Source: an uncultured Acidobacteriota bacterium (lineage in GTDB: Bacteria; Acidobacteriota; Terriglobia; Terriglobales; SCQP01). From it: a stretch of DNA of 64,000 nt. Below, one piece after another: positions 28,013-37,488 of the stretch. The notes beneath the pieces were generated by a model, which saw only the letters and a program-made list of their open reading frames with translations, did no database searches and was not told where the DNA came from. The DNA is taken from contig CALEJU010000010.1 in NCBI GenBank assembly GCA_937898755.1, forward strand, positions 515 to 64,514, written 5' to 3'. The first letter of the stretch is position 1, and the number at the start of each line of letters is the position of its first letter. Position numbers and translations under genes: made by a program.

Positions 28013-30487
28013 ATGCGCCGTCTCACACTTGCTCTCTCGGTCGGCTTTGTCCTTTCAATGCTTTCCGGCGGGGCGTTGGCCGCCACGACGCTGGCGACGC
28101 GGACCGCCGGTCTGGTGCGGCAGGACGGCTTCATCCCGTTCTATTGGGACGTGAATTCCGGCAAACTCCTGCTCGAACTGTCGCCGGCGACGCTCGATCA
28201 CGAGTTTCTCTACTTCAGCGGTCTGGGCAGCGGCGTGGGTTCGACGCAAATGTTTGCCGACCGCAGCAGCCCCTCCGAGTCGCTGCTCTGCCGCTTTCGC
28301 CGCATCGGGCCGCGCGTCCTGGTGATTGCCGAGAATACCGGCTATCGCGCCACGGCGGGCACTCCGGAGCTACAACATTCGGTGGCCTTCAGTTTCCCCA
28401 CCACCGTCCTGGCGGCGCTCCCCATCGAGGCGGAACAGGACGGCGCCGTTCTGGTGAATGCCAACCCGCTGGTGGTCCGCGACGCCTTCAACTTGTTACA
28501 ACAACTGCGTTACCCGGCGCGTGTCCGCAACGGGACGGTAAGTCGCGCCGCACAGCCGGCCGCCGGCAATTGGCGGCTGGATGCCGACCGTAGCGCCGTC
28601 GACATCGCTCATACCCATGGCTTCCCGCGCAATACCGAGGTGCAGGCGCTGCTGACCTTCACCTCCGACAACCCGGTCGGGGCCGCGGCCGCACAGATTC
28701 CCGAGGCCTCCGGCCTGACCGTGCGGGAGCATCATTCCTTCCTGCCACTGCCTCTCGCCGGTTTCGAGACACGGGAGTACGACCCGCGCGTGGGCTTTGA
28801 AAACGTGGACTTCGAGGATTTCTCGCAGTCTTACGAGCAGCCCCTCTTGCGGCGTTTGACCACTCGCTGGCGTCTGCAGAAGAAAGATCCCACGGCAGCC
28901 GTGAGCGAGCCGGTGCAGCCGATCGTGTTTTATCTCGACCAGGCGATTCCAGAACCCATCCGCTCCGCCGCACGCCGGGGCGCGCTCTGGTGGAACGAAG
29001 CTTTCGAGCGGGCCGGTTTTAAGAACGCCTTGGTGATCAAGGACCTGCCCCTGGGCGCCGACCCGCTTGACGTGCGCTACCCGACCATTCAGTGGACCAA
29101 CCGTTCCGGACGCGGCTGGTCGGTCGGCAACAGCCAGGTGGATCCGCGTACCGGCGAGATCCTGCACGCCGTGGTGCAGCTTGACTCGCACCGCATCCGC
29201 ACGGTGAATAACTACTGGGAAGCGCTCGGGGCAAAGGGAGGCAAGGGGGACGGCGCGCTGGGCCGCTTCGCGGCGCTCGACGGGCTCGACCCGCAGCTCT
29301 CGGAAGAACAGGTGATGCTGAACCGCATCGCCCTGCTGACCTGCCACGAGATGGGCCATGTGCTCGGCCTGCAGCACAACTTCCTGGCGAGCACCTTCGA
29401 CCGGGGTTCGGTGATGGACTACTTCGCACCCCGCATCACCATGCGCGCCGACGGCACGGCCGACATGTCGGACGCCTACATGCAGCACACCGGCAGCTAT
29501 GACCGCTTCGCCATGCAATGGGGCTATGCTCCGACGCTGGCCGACCCAGTGCAGGAGCAGGCACGTCAGGAGGCAGTGATCCGCGCCGCCCGTGCGCACG
29601 GCATCGTGTTCGGTAACCCGGCTGACCCGCGCTGGAACGCCTACGACGATGGTCCCGATCCGGTGACCTGGCTGGAAAGGGTGATGCCGGTGCGCGACGC
29701 GTTGTTGGCGCATTACGGCTGGAGCCACTTGCGCCCGGGCGAGCCCGCCTCGGCGCTGGCCTCACGTTTTGCGCTGGTGTACCTCTTTCACCAGTACGGA
29801 CTGGAGTCGGCGTTGAACGTCATTGGCGGCGCCGAGGTCCCTCCCATGCTCGCCGGCGACGGCCAGACGCCGCTCACGGTGTGGCCGGAGGCGGAGCAGC
29901 GCAAAGCGCTGGCGCTTGAACTGCATGCCTTACGGCCCGATGAGCTCGCCATTCCTCATGCCCTCTGGCAGGATCTCGTACCGCCCGAGACGTACGGCGC
30001 GGATCCAGAACGGTTCGGAAGCACGGCCGGCTACCTGTTCAACCCCTACGATGCCGCCCGCGCGGTGGCCGACATCGTGGTCAACGGTCTGCTCGATCCG
30101 GAGCGCCTGGAAAGGGTCGCGGTCCTGCACCGTGAGCAGGCGGGCGCGCTCAGCCCGGCCGAGGTCATCAGCGCCCTGCAACGGCAGGCGTTTGCCCCCG
30201 CCGCCGATGCGCAGCAGGACCTCGCTGCCGTGGTCTCCACCGATGTCGCCGAGCAGTTGATGCGCCTGGCGGTCGATGATCAGGCCACGGCGGAGGTGCA
30301 GGCCGCGGCCTGGGACGGGGTCCGCAATCTGCAGCACGTCATCAACACTGGCTTGGCGGGGGCCGGGGCCGCACAGGGAGCGAACCTGCATCGGCTGCAG
30401 CAGGAACTTACGCTCTTCGAGCGCGATCCGCGGCGGAACACCCCACCGCCGCACCCCTCGTTGGCGCCACCGGGACCACCGGTGTGA
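28013..30487 (+). CDS. Large secreted zinc metalloprotease (DUF5117/DUF4953-type by eye)
   Basis: 824 aa with a signal peptide and the HEMGHVLGLQHNF zinc-binding motif. Confidence 0.8.
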   Translation: MRRLTLALSVGFVLSMLSGGALAATTLATRTAGLVRQDGFIPFYWDVNSGKLLLELSPATLDHEFLYFSGLGSGVGSTQMFADRSSPSESLLCRFRRIGPRVLVIAENTGYRATAGTPELQHSVAFSFPTTVLAALPIEAEQDGAVLVNANPLVVRDAFNLLQQLRYPARVRNGTVSRAAQPAAGNWRLDADRSAVDIAHTHGFPRNTEVQALLTFTSDNPVGAAAAQIPEASGLTVREHHSFLPLPLAGFETREYDPRVGFENVDFEDFSQSYEQPLLRRLTTRWRLQKKDPTAAVSEPVQPIVFYLDQAIPEPIRSAARRGALWWNEAFERAGFKNALVIKDLPLGADPLDVRYPTIQWTNRSGRGWSVGNSQVDPRTGEILHAVVQLDSHRIRTVNNYWEALGAKGGKGDGALGRFAALDGLDPQLSEEQVMLNRIALLTCHEMGHVLGLQHNFLASTFDRGSVMDYFAPRITMRADGTADMSDAYMQHTGSYDRFAMQWGYAPTLADPVQEQARQEAVIRAARAHGIVFGNPADPRWNAYDDGPDPVTWLERVMPVRDALLAHYGWSHLRPGEPASALASRFALVYLFHQYGLESALNVIGGAEVPPMLAGDGQTPLTVWPEAEQRKALALELHALRPDELAIPHALWQDLVPPETYGADPERFGSTAGYLFNPYDAARAVADIVVNGLLDPERLERVAVLHREQAGALSPAEVISALQRQAFAPAADAQQDLAAVVSTDVAEQLMRLAVDDQATAEVQAAAWDGVRNLQHVINTGLAGAGAAQGANLHRLQQELTLFERDPRRNTPPPHPSLAPPGPPV

Positions 30488-30528
30488 TCGTGGCTGGCGG
30501 GCGCGCTGCGTTGCGGCCCGCCCCTGGA

Positions 30529-31041
30529 CTACCTGAACGCGTCGTTCCCCGCCGCATCCGCGGAGGAACAGGCGTTCCGCGCCTCCGCCTCCTCCAGCCA
30601 CCCGCGTCGCAACCGTTCGGGGGGAACACTGGAGAGATACGGCTTGATGTCCAGGATGGGGGTCCCGTCCAGCATGTCGACGCCGCGCACGCGCAGGACC
30701 GATCCCTCGCGGCCCAGCAACTCGACGACGGTCAGCCCGATCGGGTTGGGGCGCCGCGGAGAACGAGTGGCGAACACGCCGTGCGGACGATTGTCGGCGG
30801 GCGGCGTGCCCGTGAGCGCGAAGCCCTCGGAGCGATCGAACACCCAGATGACAATCAGGTGGGAAAAGCCTTCGATGTCCGCGAGTCCGGCTTCCAGATC
30901 AGCCCGGATCTGGAGCGATCCTTCCGCTGCATGCCGCGTACCCGGACCTTTGGGCACCTCCGACGTGTGGCGGTAAGGGCTGCGCACCACCCCGATCGGC
31001 TGCAGGGTCAACGATGCGGTGCTCGAGCGCTCCTCGTTCAT
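30529..31041 (-). CDS. trmO: tRNA (t6A37-N6)-methyltransferase TrmO (TsaA/YaeB family)
   Basis: Start at ATG 31041. Motifs LQPIGVVRSPY, GFSHLIVIWVFD, RSPRRPNPIGLTVV and DGTPILDIKPY. Confidence 0.85.
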   Translation of the reverse strand: MNEERSSTASLTLQPIGVVRSPYRHTSEVPKGPGTRHAAEGSLQIRADLEAGLADIEGFSHLIVIWVFDRSEGFALTGTPPADNRPHGVFATRSPRRPNPIGLTVVELLGREGSVLRVRGVDMLDGTPILDIKPYLSSVPPERLRRGWLEEAEARNACSSADAAGNDAFR

Positions 31042-31045
31042 GGGG

Positions 31046-31471
31046 TTAACTCCGCAGGCCACTCCAGGTCTCGCACAATAGGATCGAGTTACCGGGGTTG
31101 GCAGGGTCGTACTTCACGCTGGCTGGCAGACCGGGACTGCAGTCGTGCTCGTCGAGGTACGAGGTCAGGGCGCTGCAATCCTGCGAGGCCTCGTACTGCA
31201 CGCCGCTGACCTCGTAGGAGTAGACGACCAGCGGGGCATCCTCCGGCTCGGCGATGACATTAACGATCTCGCCGCCCGTCAGCCGCCCGATGCCGTTGAT
31301 CTGCAGACGGCGCAAACGCTCCATCTCGGCGGGCGTCTTGCGAGCGCGGAGGGTGCGCACCAGAAAAATCGTGGCCAACGTCGCCGCTCCAGTTCCCGCC
31401 GTCCAGAGAAGCGTTGCGCGCCGCACCGGCAGTTCGGCAAACAGCGCATGCAGGTCGAGGGAGCCGGGCAC
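31046..31471 (-). CDS. Membrane-anchored hypothetical protein (DUF3592-like)
   Basis: 141 aa with one N-terminal TM helix followed by a beta-rich domain. Ends 4 nt before the trmO start. Confidence 0.5.
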   Translation of the reverse strand: MPGSLDLHALFAELPVRRATLLWTAGTGAATLATIFLVRTLRARKTPAEMERLRRLQINGIGRLTGGEIVNVIAEPEDAPLVVYSYEVSGVQYEASQDCSALTSYLDEHDCSPGLPASVKYDPANPGNSILLCETWSGLRS

Positions 31472-31551
31472 GAGTCTAGTTTAACCACAGGGACCGCTGC
31501 CGGGTGCGGGTAAACGGCGCAGTGGGTCGAGGGAAGGAGAATAACGGTTCG

Positions 31552-32346
31552 CTACGCCGAGGCCACGGTATTTTCCAGCGTGCCGATTTCGGCGATGGTG
31601 ACGCTGACGCGGTCGCCTGCGGTGAGCGGGCCGACCCCGGCCGGGGTGCCGGTGGCGATCAGGTCGCCGGGCTCAAGCGTCATCACCGCGGTGATGGCGA
31701 CGAGGATCTGGTCGAGGCTGAAGATGAAGTCGGCGGTGTTGCCCTGTTGCCGCAGTTCGCCGTTGACGTGCGTCTCCACTTGCAGGCTTTCCCAGGGGCG
31801 GGCCCGGCCGCCGGGTTTCTGCTCGCTCCAGTCCTCCACCCAGGGTCCCACCGGGCAGAAGGTGTCGAAGCCTTTGCCGCGCGTCCACTGGCCGTCCTTC
31901 TTCTGCAGGTCCCGCGCGGTCACGTCATTGAGGCAGGTGAACCCGAATAAATATGGAGCGATCGCCGCGCCCGGTTGCAGCGCCCGGCAGCGCCGCCCGA
32001 TGACCACCGCCAGCTCTCCTTCGAAGTCCACCCGCGCGGAGAGCGGCGGTAGCACGATGGCGCCCCCGGGGGCGAGCAGCGCCGAGGGCGGCTTGAAGAA
32101 CAGCAAGGGCTCGCTCGGTACGTCGTTGCCCAGCTCCTTGGCGTGATCGCGGTAGTTGCGGCCCACGCAGATGATCTTGGAGGGCGTGCAGGGCGGCAGG
32201 AGCAGCGTGGTTTCGAGCGGCAGCCGCTCCATCCCCTCGCGATGCCCGGCTTCGAGGGGCGAACCGGAATGCGCCACGATGCAGTCGTCCTCGACGTGCC
32301 CCCAGAGGGGGCAACCAACAGTGTCCAGAAAGCGGACCCACTTCAT
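31552..32346 (-). CDS. Fumarylacetoacetate hydrolase-family protein
   Basis: 264 aa with CVGRNYRDHAKE, EGELAVVIG and GTPAGVG motifs. Confidence 0.9.
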   Translation of the reverse strand: MKWVRFLDTVGCPLWGHVEDDCIVAHSGSPLEAGHREGMERLPLETTLLLPPCTPSKIICVGRNYRDHAKELGNDVPSEPLLFFKPPSALLAPGGAIVLPPLSARVDFEGELAVVIGRRCRALQPGAAIAPYLFGFTCLNDVTARDLQKKDGQWTRGKGFDTFCPVGPWVEDWSEQKPGGRARPWESLQVETHVNGELRQQGNTADFIFSLDQILVAITAVMTLEPGDLIATGTPAGVGPLTAGDRVSVTIAEIGTLENTVASA

Positions 32347-32413
32347 GGCAAGAATTATTTCACGACGCGGTGCGCGGCAGCAGCGGCGACGCTACTAGCT
32401 CCCCCTTCACCCC

Positions 32414-33265
32414 CTACGGCTTCTTGGGCGGTGGCGTGGTCGGCGCCGCCTGGATGGAAACGATGCGGCTGGTGGCGCGGAACTGTTTGTAGTCCTTGAA
32501 GCGGATCACCATTTTAACGTGCGCATCGCCCAGCATGGCGTCGGTGTGGGTGTAGACCGGGAACCAGTACTTGCCGTCGATCGGCTGCCGATAGGTTTCG
32601 AACGGCAGGAAGGTGTTGGTGGGCCGACCGTGCTTGTCGAACTCATCCGGGACCGCCTTGCCGAAGCTCTTGACGATGGCGAGATCGCGGTCGTCGACCC
32701 AGACCGTGCCTTGGAAGTAGCGATGTCCCTTGACCAATTGCTTGGGGCGGATCTCGAACTTGTAGGCGGTCAACTGGTCGAGCGGCTCGTGGTCCACGTA
32801 GCGCACGTCGTACTCCGGCAGCTCGTCAACCGAGAGCGTGTACATGTCGGTGTTGAAAAAATCGTCAATGTCTTCGGCGGTGATCACGATGTCGCGCAGC
32901 GTCGGCTGCGGACAGTAGGTGCAGACGATGCGCCGCTCGCCCTCGTTCGAGAACTGGATGTCGTTGACCTGCTCGTAGTCGCCGGTGGAGTTGCCGTCGT
33001 CGTCGACCGTGTCCACGCGGATGGACTCCGTGTAGGTGTAGCTATGTTTGAGGAGCTGGCGGAAGATGCGCTCCTTCTCGGTGAACTTGGCGATGATTTG
33101 TGGGATCTCGGCCGCCGGCGGGTCGGGCAGGTGCTTGACAGTGGAGGCCGGGGCGGGGAACGCGGAGGATGGTTTCTCCACTACGTGAACTTGGGCCCAG
33201 AGGCCGACCGGGAGCGCGCTGGCGAGCATGAGCAAACCGGCCCAACGACGGTGAAAAGAGTGCAT
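32414..33265 (-). CDS. Secreted hypothetical protein (LolA-like sorting fold suspected)
   Basis: Start at ATG 33265 (MHSFHRRWAGLLMLASALPVGLWAQ), giving 283 aa. The listed 391-aa ORF is over-extended through the repeat element. Confidence 0.55.
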   Translation of the reverse strand: MHSFHRRWAGLLMLASALPVGLWAQVHVVEKPSSAFPAPASTVKHLPDPPAAEIPQIIAKFTEKERIFRQLLKHSYTYTESIRVDTVDDDGNSTGDYEQVNDIQFSNEGERRIVCTYCPQPTLRDIVITAEDIDDFFNTDMYTLSVDELPEYDVRYVDHEPLDQLTAYKFEIRPKQLVKGHRYFQGTVWVDDRDLAIVKSFGKAVPDEFDKHGRPTNTFLPFETYRQPIDGKYWFPVYTHTDAMLGDAHVKMVIRFKDYKQFRATSRIVSIQAAPTTPPPKKP

Positions 33266-33343
33266 GAGCGCGCGTCCTCGCGTTTCCAGTGTAATCCTTG
33301 GACGAGAACGGGCCCGCAATGGTTGCGGGAAGCGGGCGGATAC

Positions 33344-33405
33344 GGTTGTTGGATTTTGGTTGTTAGTTGTTGGCATTGCCGTAGACCAACAACTAAAATC
33401 CAACC
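33344..33405. repeat. GTTGTT/AACAAC hairpin repeat between divergent genes
   Basis: GGTTGTTGGATTTTGGTTGTTAGTTGTTGG-N14-CCAACAACTAAAATCCAACC. Confidence 0.7.
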
Positions 33406-33476
33406 ACGTTGTGGTGTGCCGTCCAGCTCGATTGACGGAAGAGCAGGCATCCATCATGGGGCCATTGAGGTGAAGC

Positions 33477-33887
33477 ATGAAGCTGGCGCGTTTGATCTTT
33501 CTCGTCGCAGGTGTACTCGGAGTGATCGAGATCGTGCCGTTGTATCTGGAAGAGGCTGCGATGAACCGGCGGTTCCCGCCGGCGATCACCCATCCGGAGT
33601 ACTACTACGGCTTCATCGGCGTGACGCTGGCATGGCAGCTCGCCTTCCTGCTCATCAGTCGCGATCCGCTGCGCTACCGGCAACTGATGCCGATCGCGGT
33701 AGTGGAGAAGTTAAGCTATGTCGTGGCCATGATCGTTCTGGGGCTGATGAACCGCGTCGCCTCGACCACGGTCGTGGTCGGGATGCTGGACCTGGTGTGG
33801 GCGGTGTTGTTCTCGCTCGCCTACGTGCGCACGCGGGCGGAAACGGCAGTTGGGGGTGGGGCATGGGGTGCGGGGGGGCAGGCATAG
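33477..33887 (+). CDS. Integral membrane hypothetical protein (about 4 TM helices)
   Basis: 136 aa. GAGGTG lies 4 nt upstream. Hydrophobic helices throughout. Confidence 0.6.
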   Translation: MKLARLIFLVAGVLGVIEIVPLYLEEAAMNRRFPPAITHPEYYYGFIGVTLAWQLAFLLISRDPLRYRQLMPIAVVEKLSYVVAMIVLGLMNRVASTTVVVGMLDLVWAVLFSLAYVRTRAETAVGGGAWGAGGQA

Positions 33888-33948
33888 AACGCCGGTTGCC
33901 GTTCAAGGCAGCAACGCTGTCCTACAGGGCGCGAGGCGTGCCTTGGTC

Positions 33949-35166
33949 ATGACGACGTGTTCCAATCGAGCCGGAAGACAAGGGCCCCTGCCGTATGGTG
34001 TCTCCACTGCGCAGCCGCTGCAGTTGGTGCATCTGCATTCGCCTGCCGACGTGCGGCAATTGGCGCCGCTCGTGCATGAGCTATTGACACGGCTGGGACA
34101 GTTCCGCGACATCACCCTCGACCCGGAGTATTTTCTCCTCTCTTTGCCACCCCATTGGTCGGCGGAGGTGTTGGCCTTTTTTGACGGGACGACGTTGCAG
34201 GCGGTGCTCTACGGCCGGCGACGGAAGGTGGGCGGCTGGGGTACAGGCTTCCTGAATGGGGGCGACGCGGTCGGCGGCGGGTGCCTGGCGGGTGATCCGG
34301 CGGTGCTGCCCACCGTGGTGCGGCAAGCAGCGGACTATTACTTCAAAAAGCGCGTCCACGCCCTGCGCTGGAGTTTTGCCTTCTCCGCCGAGACAGTGGG
34401 CACGCCTGAAGCATTCACGCCGAAGGGAGTGTGTTGCAGGGTTGTCAACGTTCCACCGTGCGGTGAATGGCTGCCGCTCGCGCCGAACTATCCCGCATTT
34501 TTGCGCCGCTTGAGCAAGCTGATGCGCCGCAACTTCGTTTATTACCGCCGTCGCGCTGAAGCGGCGGGGTTCCGGTTCGACGCGCAGGTCCCGTTTGAGG
34601 AGTATGCCCACCGGATTCGACACCTCGGCGCCAGTCTGGGCTTTCCCGTGTCGGAGTGGCAACTGCAGAGCGCGGCCCGACTGATGACGCACTTTGGCGG
34701 CGGGTGGTGCGCCGGATTGCGCGGCCCGGACGGCTCCCTGGAGACGGCGCTGTGTGGATTCGGCCGCGACCACGTTTTCAACCTCCTCGGGCAGTTCACG
34801 AACCGGGCCGAGGCGCGGCGCAGCCTCGGTCTGGTATTACGCGGGCACCTGATCGAGTCGTTGATCGCCCGCGGCGACACCGATCTCCGTTATCTGCACG
34901 GCCTGAGTTTTCTCGAGCATCGCTACTGCACGCCGCATCCGCTGCTACGCCTCGATCTAGATCGTCCTCGCCCGCTGGCTACGCCGTTGAAATGGGTTTG
35001 TGCCCGTGTCGTCCAGGCGTTACCGCCGCGAAACCGCAGATGGGCGGACATCCTCGACGCGGTGGCGGGTAGCTATGGGAACACCGCTGCCGGCGACACA
35101 GGTTGCAGCGGGGGCAGTCAGACATGCCTCGCATGCCCCACGCCCCACGCCCCACTTTCCTGTTAA
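33949..35166 (+). CDS. Hypothetical protein, possibly a second CelD-like GNAT acyltransferase
   Basis: Start at ATG 33949. The block NYPAFLRRLSKLMRRNFVYYRRRAEAAGFRF resembles the linker of CelD/BioF2-like acetyltransferases. Confidence 0.45.
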   Translation: MTTCSNRAGRQGPLPYGVSTAQPLQLVHLHSPADVRQLAPLVHELLTRLGQFRDITLDPEYFLLSLPPHWSAEVLAFFDGTTLQAVLYGRRRKVGGWGTGFLNGGDAVGGGCLAGDPAVLPTVVRQAADYYFKKRVHALRWSFAFSAETVGTPEAFTPKGVCCRVVNVPPCGEWLPLAPNYPAFLRRLSKLMRRNFVYYRRRAEAAGFRFDAQVPFEEYAHRIRHLGASLGFPVSEWQLQSAARLMTHFGGGWCAGLRGPDGSLETALCGFGRDHVFNLLGQFTNRAEARRSLGLVLRGHLIESLIARGDTDLRYLHGLSFLEHRYCTPHPLLRLDLDRPRPLATPLKWVCARVVQALPPRNRRWADILDAVAGSYGNTAAGDTGCSGGSQTCLACPTPHAPLSC

Positions 35167-35201
35167 ACTGCCAGTCGGTCGTGCAGCAGCGGCCACCGCG
35201 T

Positions 35202-35289
35202 GCTGGAGTGGCGGAACTGGCAGACGCAGCAGACTCAAAATCTGCCGGAGCTTTGCTCCTTGGGGGTTCGATTCCCCCCTCCAGCACCA
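35202..35289 (+). tRNA. tRNA-Leu (anticodon CAA), CCA encoded
   Basis: Acceptor GCTGGAG/CTCCAGC, D-arm GCGGAACTGGCAGACGC, anticodon loop CTCAAAA, long variable arm CGGAGCTTTGCTCCTTG, T-arm GGGGGTTCGATTCCCCC, then A-CCA. Confidence 0.95.
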
Positions 35290-35622
35290 GCGCGACATCC
35301 CGCTTGCGGCGCCCTTCCAGCCGCCCTCCCAGGCGTCGCAGTGGCAATCCATGGCACTGGCCGTACGGTCCGGACTTTGGCGTGTCTGGGGGGTGACTCC
35401 CTTCTAACCTTCTTTATTGGTCATTGTAAATGTGCTAGTGTCTGTCAGTTTTTATACGCCTGAGTCCAATTCCGCCCGGCAGAAGTTTCATCTGAGGGAT
35501 GCTTCGCCGGGGTTGCCACGGAGTGTCTGGGCGAGTAGAAGCCTTGGTTCCGTCGGCGTTTCCCCCGCGCGCGGCGGGACGGCACTTTGCGCAGTGCTGC
35601 TTCAGTTTGGAGGCCCTTCGTC

Positions 35623-37485
35623 ATGCATCACATCGTTCGCGTGCTGCCCTGCGCGCTGGCCCTGAGTCTTGCGCTTGCCGGACAGGCCACGCCGGCTGCG
35701 ACGCCGCCCTCTGCCGGCGATACTCCGCAGTCCTCCGGGGCTCCGGTTTCGCCGTTGACCCAGGCGGCGACCTCGTCGTCGGCTGCCGCCGCGCCCGACA
35801 AGAACGGCAAGACCGGCAACGCCGCCCCAGCGCCGCGCGCCTTCACCACCGCCGCCAACGGCGAGTCGCGCACCCAGGACATCATCGAGATCAAGCTGGC
35901 CAACGACAGCGTGCAAATTACCGGTGCGCAACAGAGTTCCTTCCTGCGCAAGGGGCAGGACTCGCTGGCCGAGTTCAACTACTTCACCGATCACCCCTTC
36001 CGTGGCGACACGCGGGTGCAGGTGATCACCATGTTGCGCGGCACCGACGACCCGCACATCGACATCGAGCACAACAGCGTCCAGCGCGCCTCGCTGCGCT
36101 TCTTCAACCCGCGCCTGGACATGACGCTGGGCGATTCGCTGGTCAACTTCTCGCGCCTCTCCTACAACCAGTCGGTGCGCGGCTTGAACTTGGAGCGCCG
36201 CTTCGATCATGGGTTTAAGCTGGCGGCCACCGGGGGCGTCTTCACCGATCGCTGGGGTTCGTTGTTCCGCAACCTCATCACCAAGCCCTACACGCGCGTG
36301 GTGTACGGGGCGCGGGCCGAGCGCACGGTGGGACGGGGGCTGCTGGGCGTCAACTTTTCCGACGCCAGCGATGTGCGGCGTTCGCTGCCCGCCGAACAGG
36401 CCATCACGCCGCCCATCGGCAACCGCGTGGTGAGCACCGACGCGCGCTGGTCGCTGGGCCACCTGAACTTCCTCTCCGAGGCCGCCTACAGTTTCAGCAA
36501 CCCGGACAAGACGCTGTACCACCGCACCTTCGGGGACTACGGCGGCTACCTGGAGTCCAATTTCCACGTGGGAGACCTGCGGCTGCGCGGCTCGCTCACC
36601 CGCTACCAGCCGCTGTTCCTGGCGTTGAACGCCCGCCAGATCTCCGATCTGCAGGACGCCATCTTCGCCAGCACCTACGATCTGGGCAACAACATTACGG
36701 TGAACGGCTCGCTGCGGCGCAGCAACAATGATCTGCGCGGCCAGTTGCCGGCGGAACAGGTGCTCAGTTCGCCCGAGATCCGCCTCGATTTCCACGATTT
36801 CCATTTCCTGCACCGCTCTTCGGTGGAGGTCGGGTACCGCTACCGTGATTTGAGCAGCACGCGCATCCTGCCCACAGCCAGCGCCGCCAACCTGGCGCAC
36901 CGCAAGGTCGGCATTCCCTTTGCCGATCTCACCCTGCCGGTGCATACCACGCTGCTCTCGTTGCATTACGAGCACCGTTCGACCCACGACTTCATCAACT
37001 CCGACCAGACGGCGGGCACCGACAGCATCGGCGGCGGCTTCCGCGGGGTCTACAACTTCGGCAAGTGGACGGTCAACCCGCTGTTCCGCTACGACATCGA
37101 GCGCGACTTCTACAGTTTGTTCACCAACGCCAACAACAACCGCCTGGTCAACGGCTCACTGTTTATCGAGGCGCCCAAGTACTTCGTGTTCGAGGGTTTT
37201 TATCGGCGCCTGTCGGCCAGCACCTTCCAGAACTTCGACAACCCGCTGACGCCCGGCGCGCTGGTGCTGCTGGGCTCGGGGTACCTGCGGCCCAGCTATC
37301 GCGCGGCGCTGAGCTACAAGTTCCGCAACGACGACAACCGCGTCTTTCACGTCTCCTACGAACGCAACAACAACAATTTCATCGATCCCGTCAACCCGTT
37401 CGCCCCCCCCGGACCGGTGACCCTGCGCAACTTCAACGAGCGCGTCTTCGAGGTTGGCCTGCTCTACCGCATCAGCGTGTACTAA
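35623..37485 (+). CDS. Outer-membrane beta-barrel protein (uncharacterised)
   Basis: GGAGG lies 9 nt upstream. Signal peptide MHHIVRVLPCALALSLALAGQA and a low-complexity linker. Alternating beta-strand pattern, ending with aromatic ...LLYRISVY. Confidence 0.75.
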   Translation: MHHIVRVLPCALALSLALAGQATPAATPPSAGDTPQSSGAPVSPLTQAATSSSAAAAPDKNGKTGNAAPAPRAFTTAANGESRTQDIIEIKLANDSVQITGAQQSSFLRKGQDSLAEFNYFTDHPFRGDTRVQVITMLRGTDDPHIDIEHNSVQRASLRFFNPRLDMTLGDSLVNFSRLSYNQSVRGLNLERRFDHGFKLAATGGVFTDRWGSLFRNLITKPYTRVVYGARAERTVGRGLLGVNFSDASDVRRSLPAEQAITPPIGNRVVSTDARWSLGHLNFLSEAAYSFSNPDKTLYHRTFGDYGGYLESNFHVGDLRLRGSLTRYQPLFLALNARQISDLQDAIFASTYDLGNNITVNGSLRRSNNDLRGQLPAEQVLSSPEIRLDFHDFHFLHRSSVEVGYRYRDLSSTRILPTASAANLAHRKVGIPFADLTLPVHTTLLSLHYEHRSTHDFINSDQTAGTDSIGGGFRGVYNFGKWTVNPLFRYDIERDFYSLFTNANNNRLVNGSLFIEAPKYFVFEGFYRRLSASTFQNFDNPLTPGALVLLGSGYLRPSYRAALSYKFRNDDNRVFHVSYERNNNNFIDPVNPFAPPGPVTLRNFNERVFEVGLLYRISVY

Positions 37486-37488
37486 GCA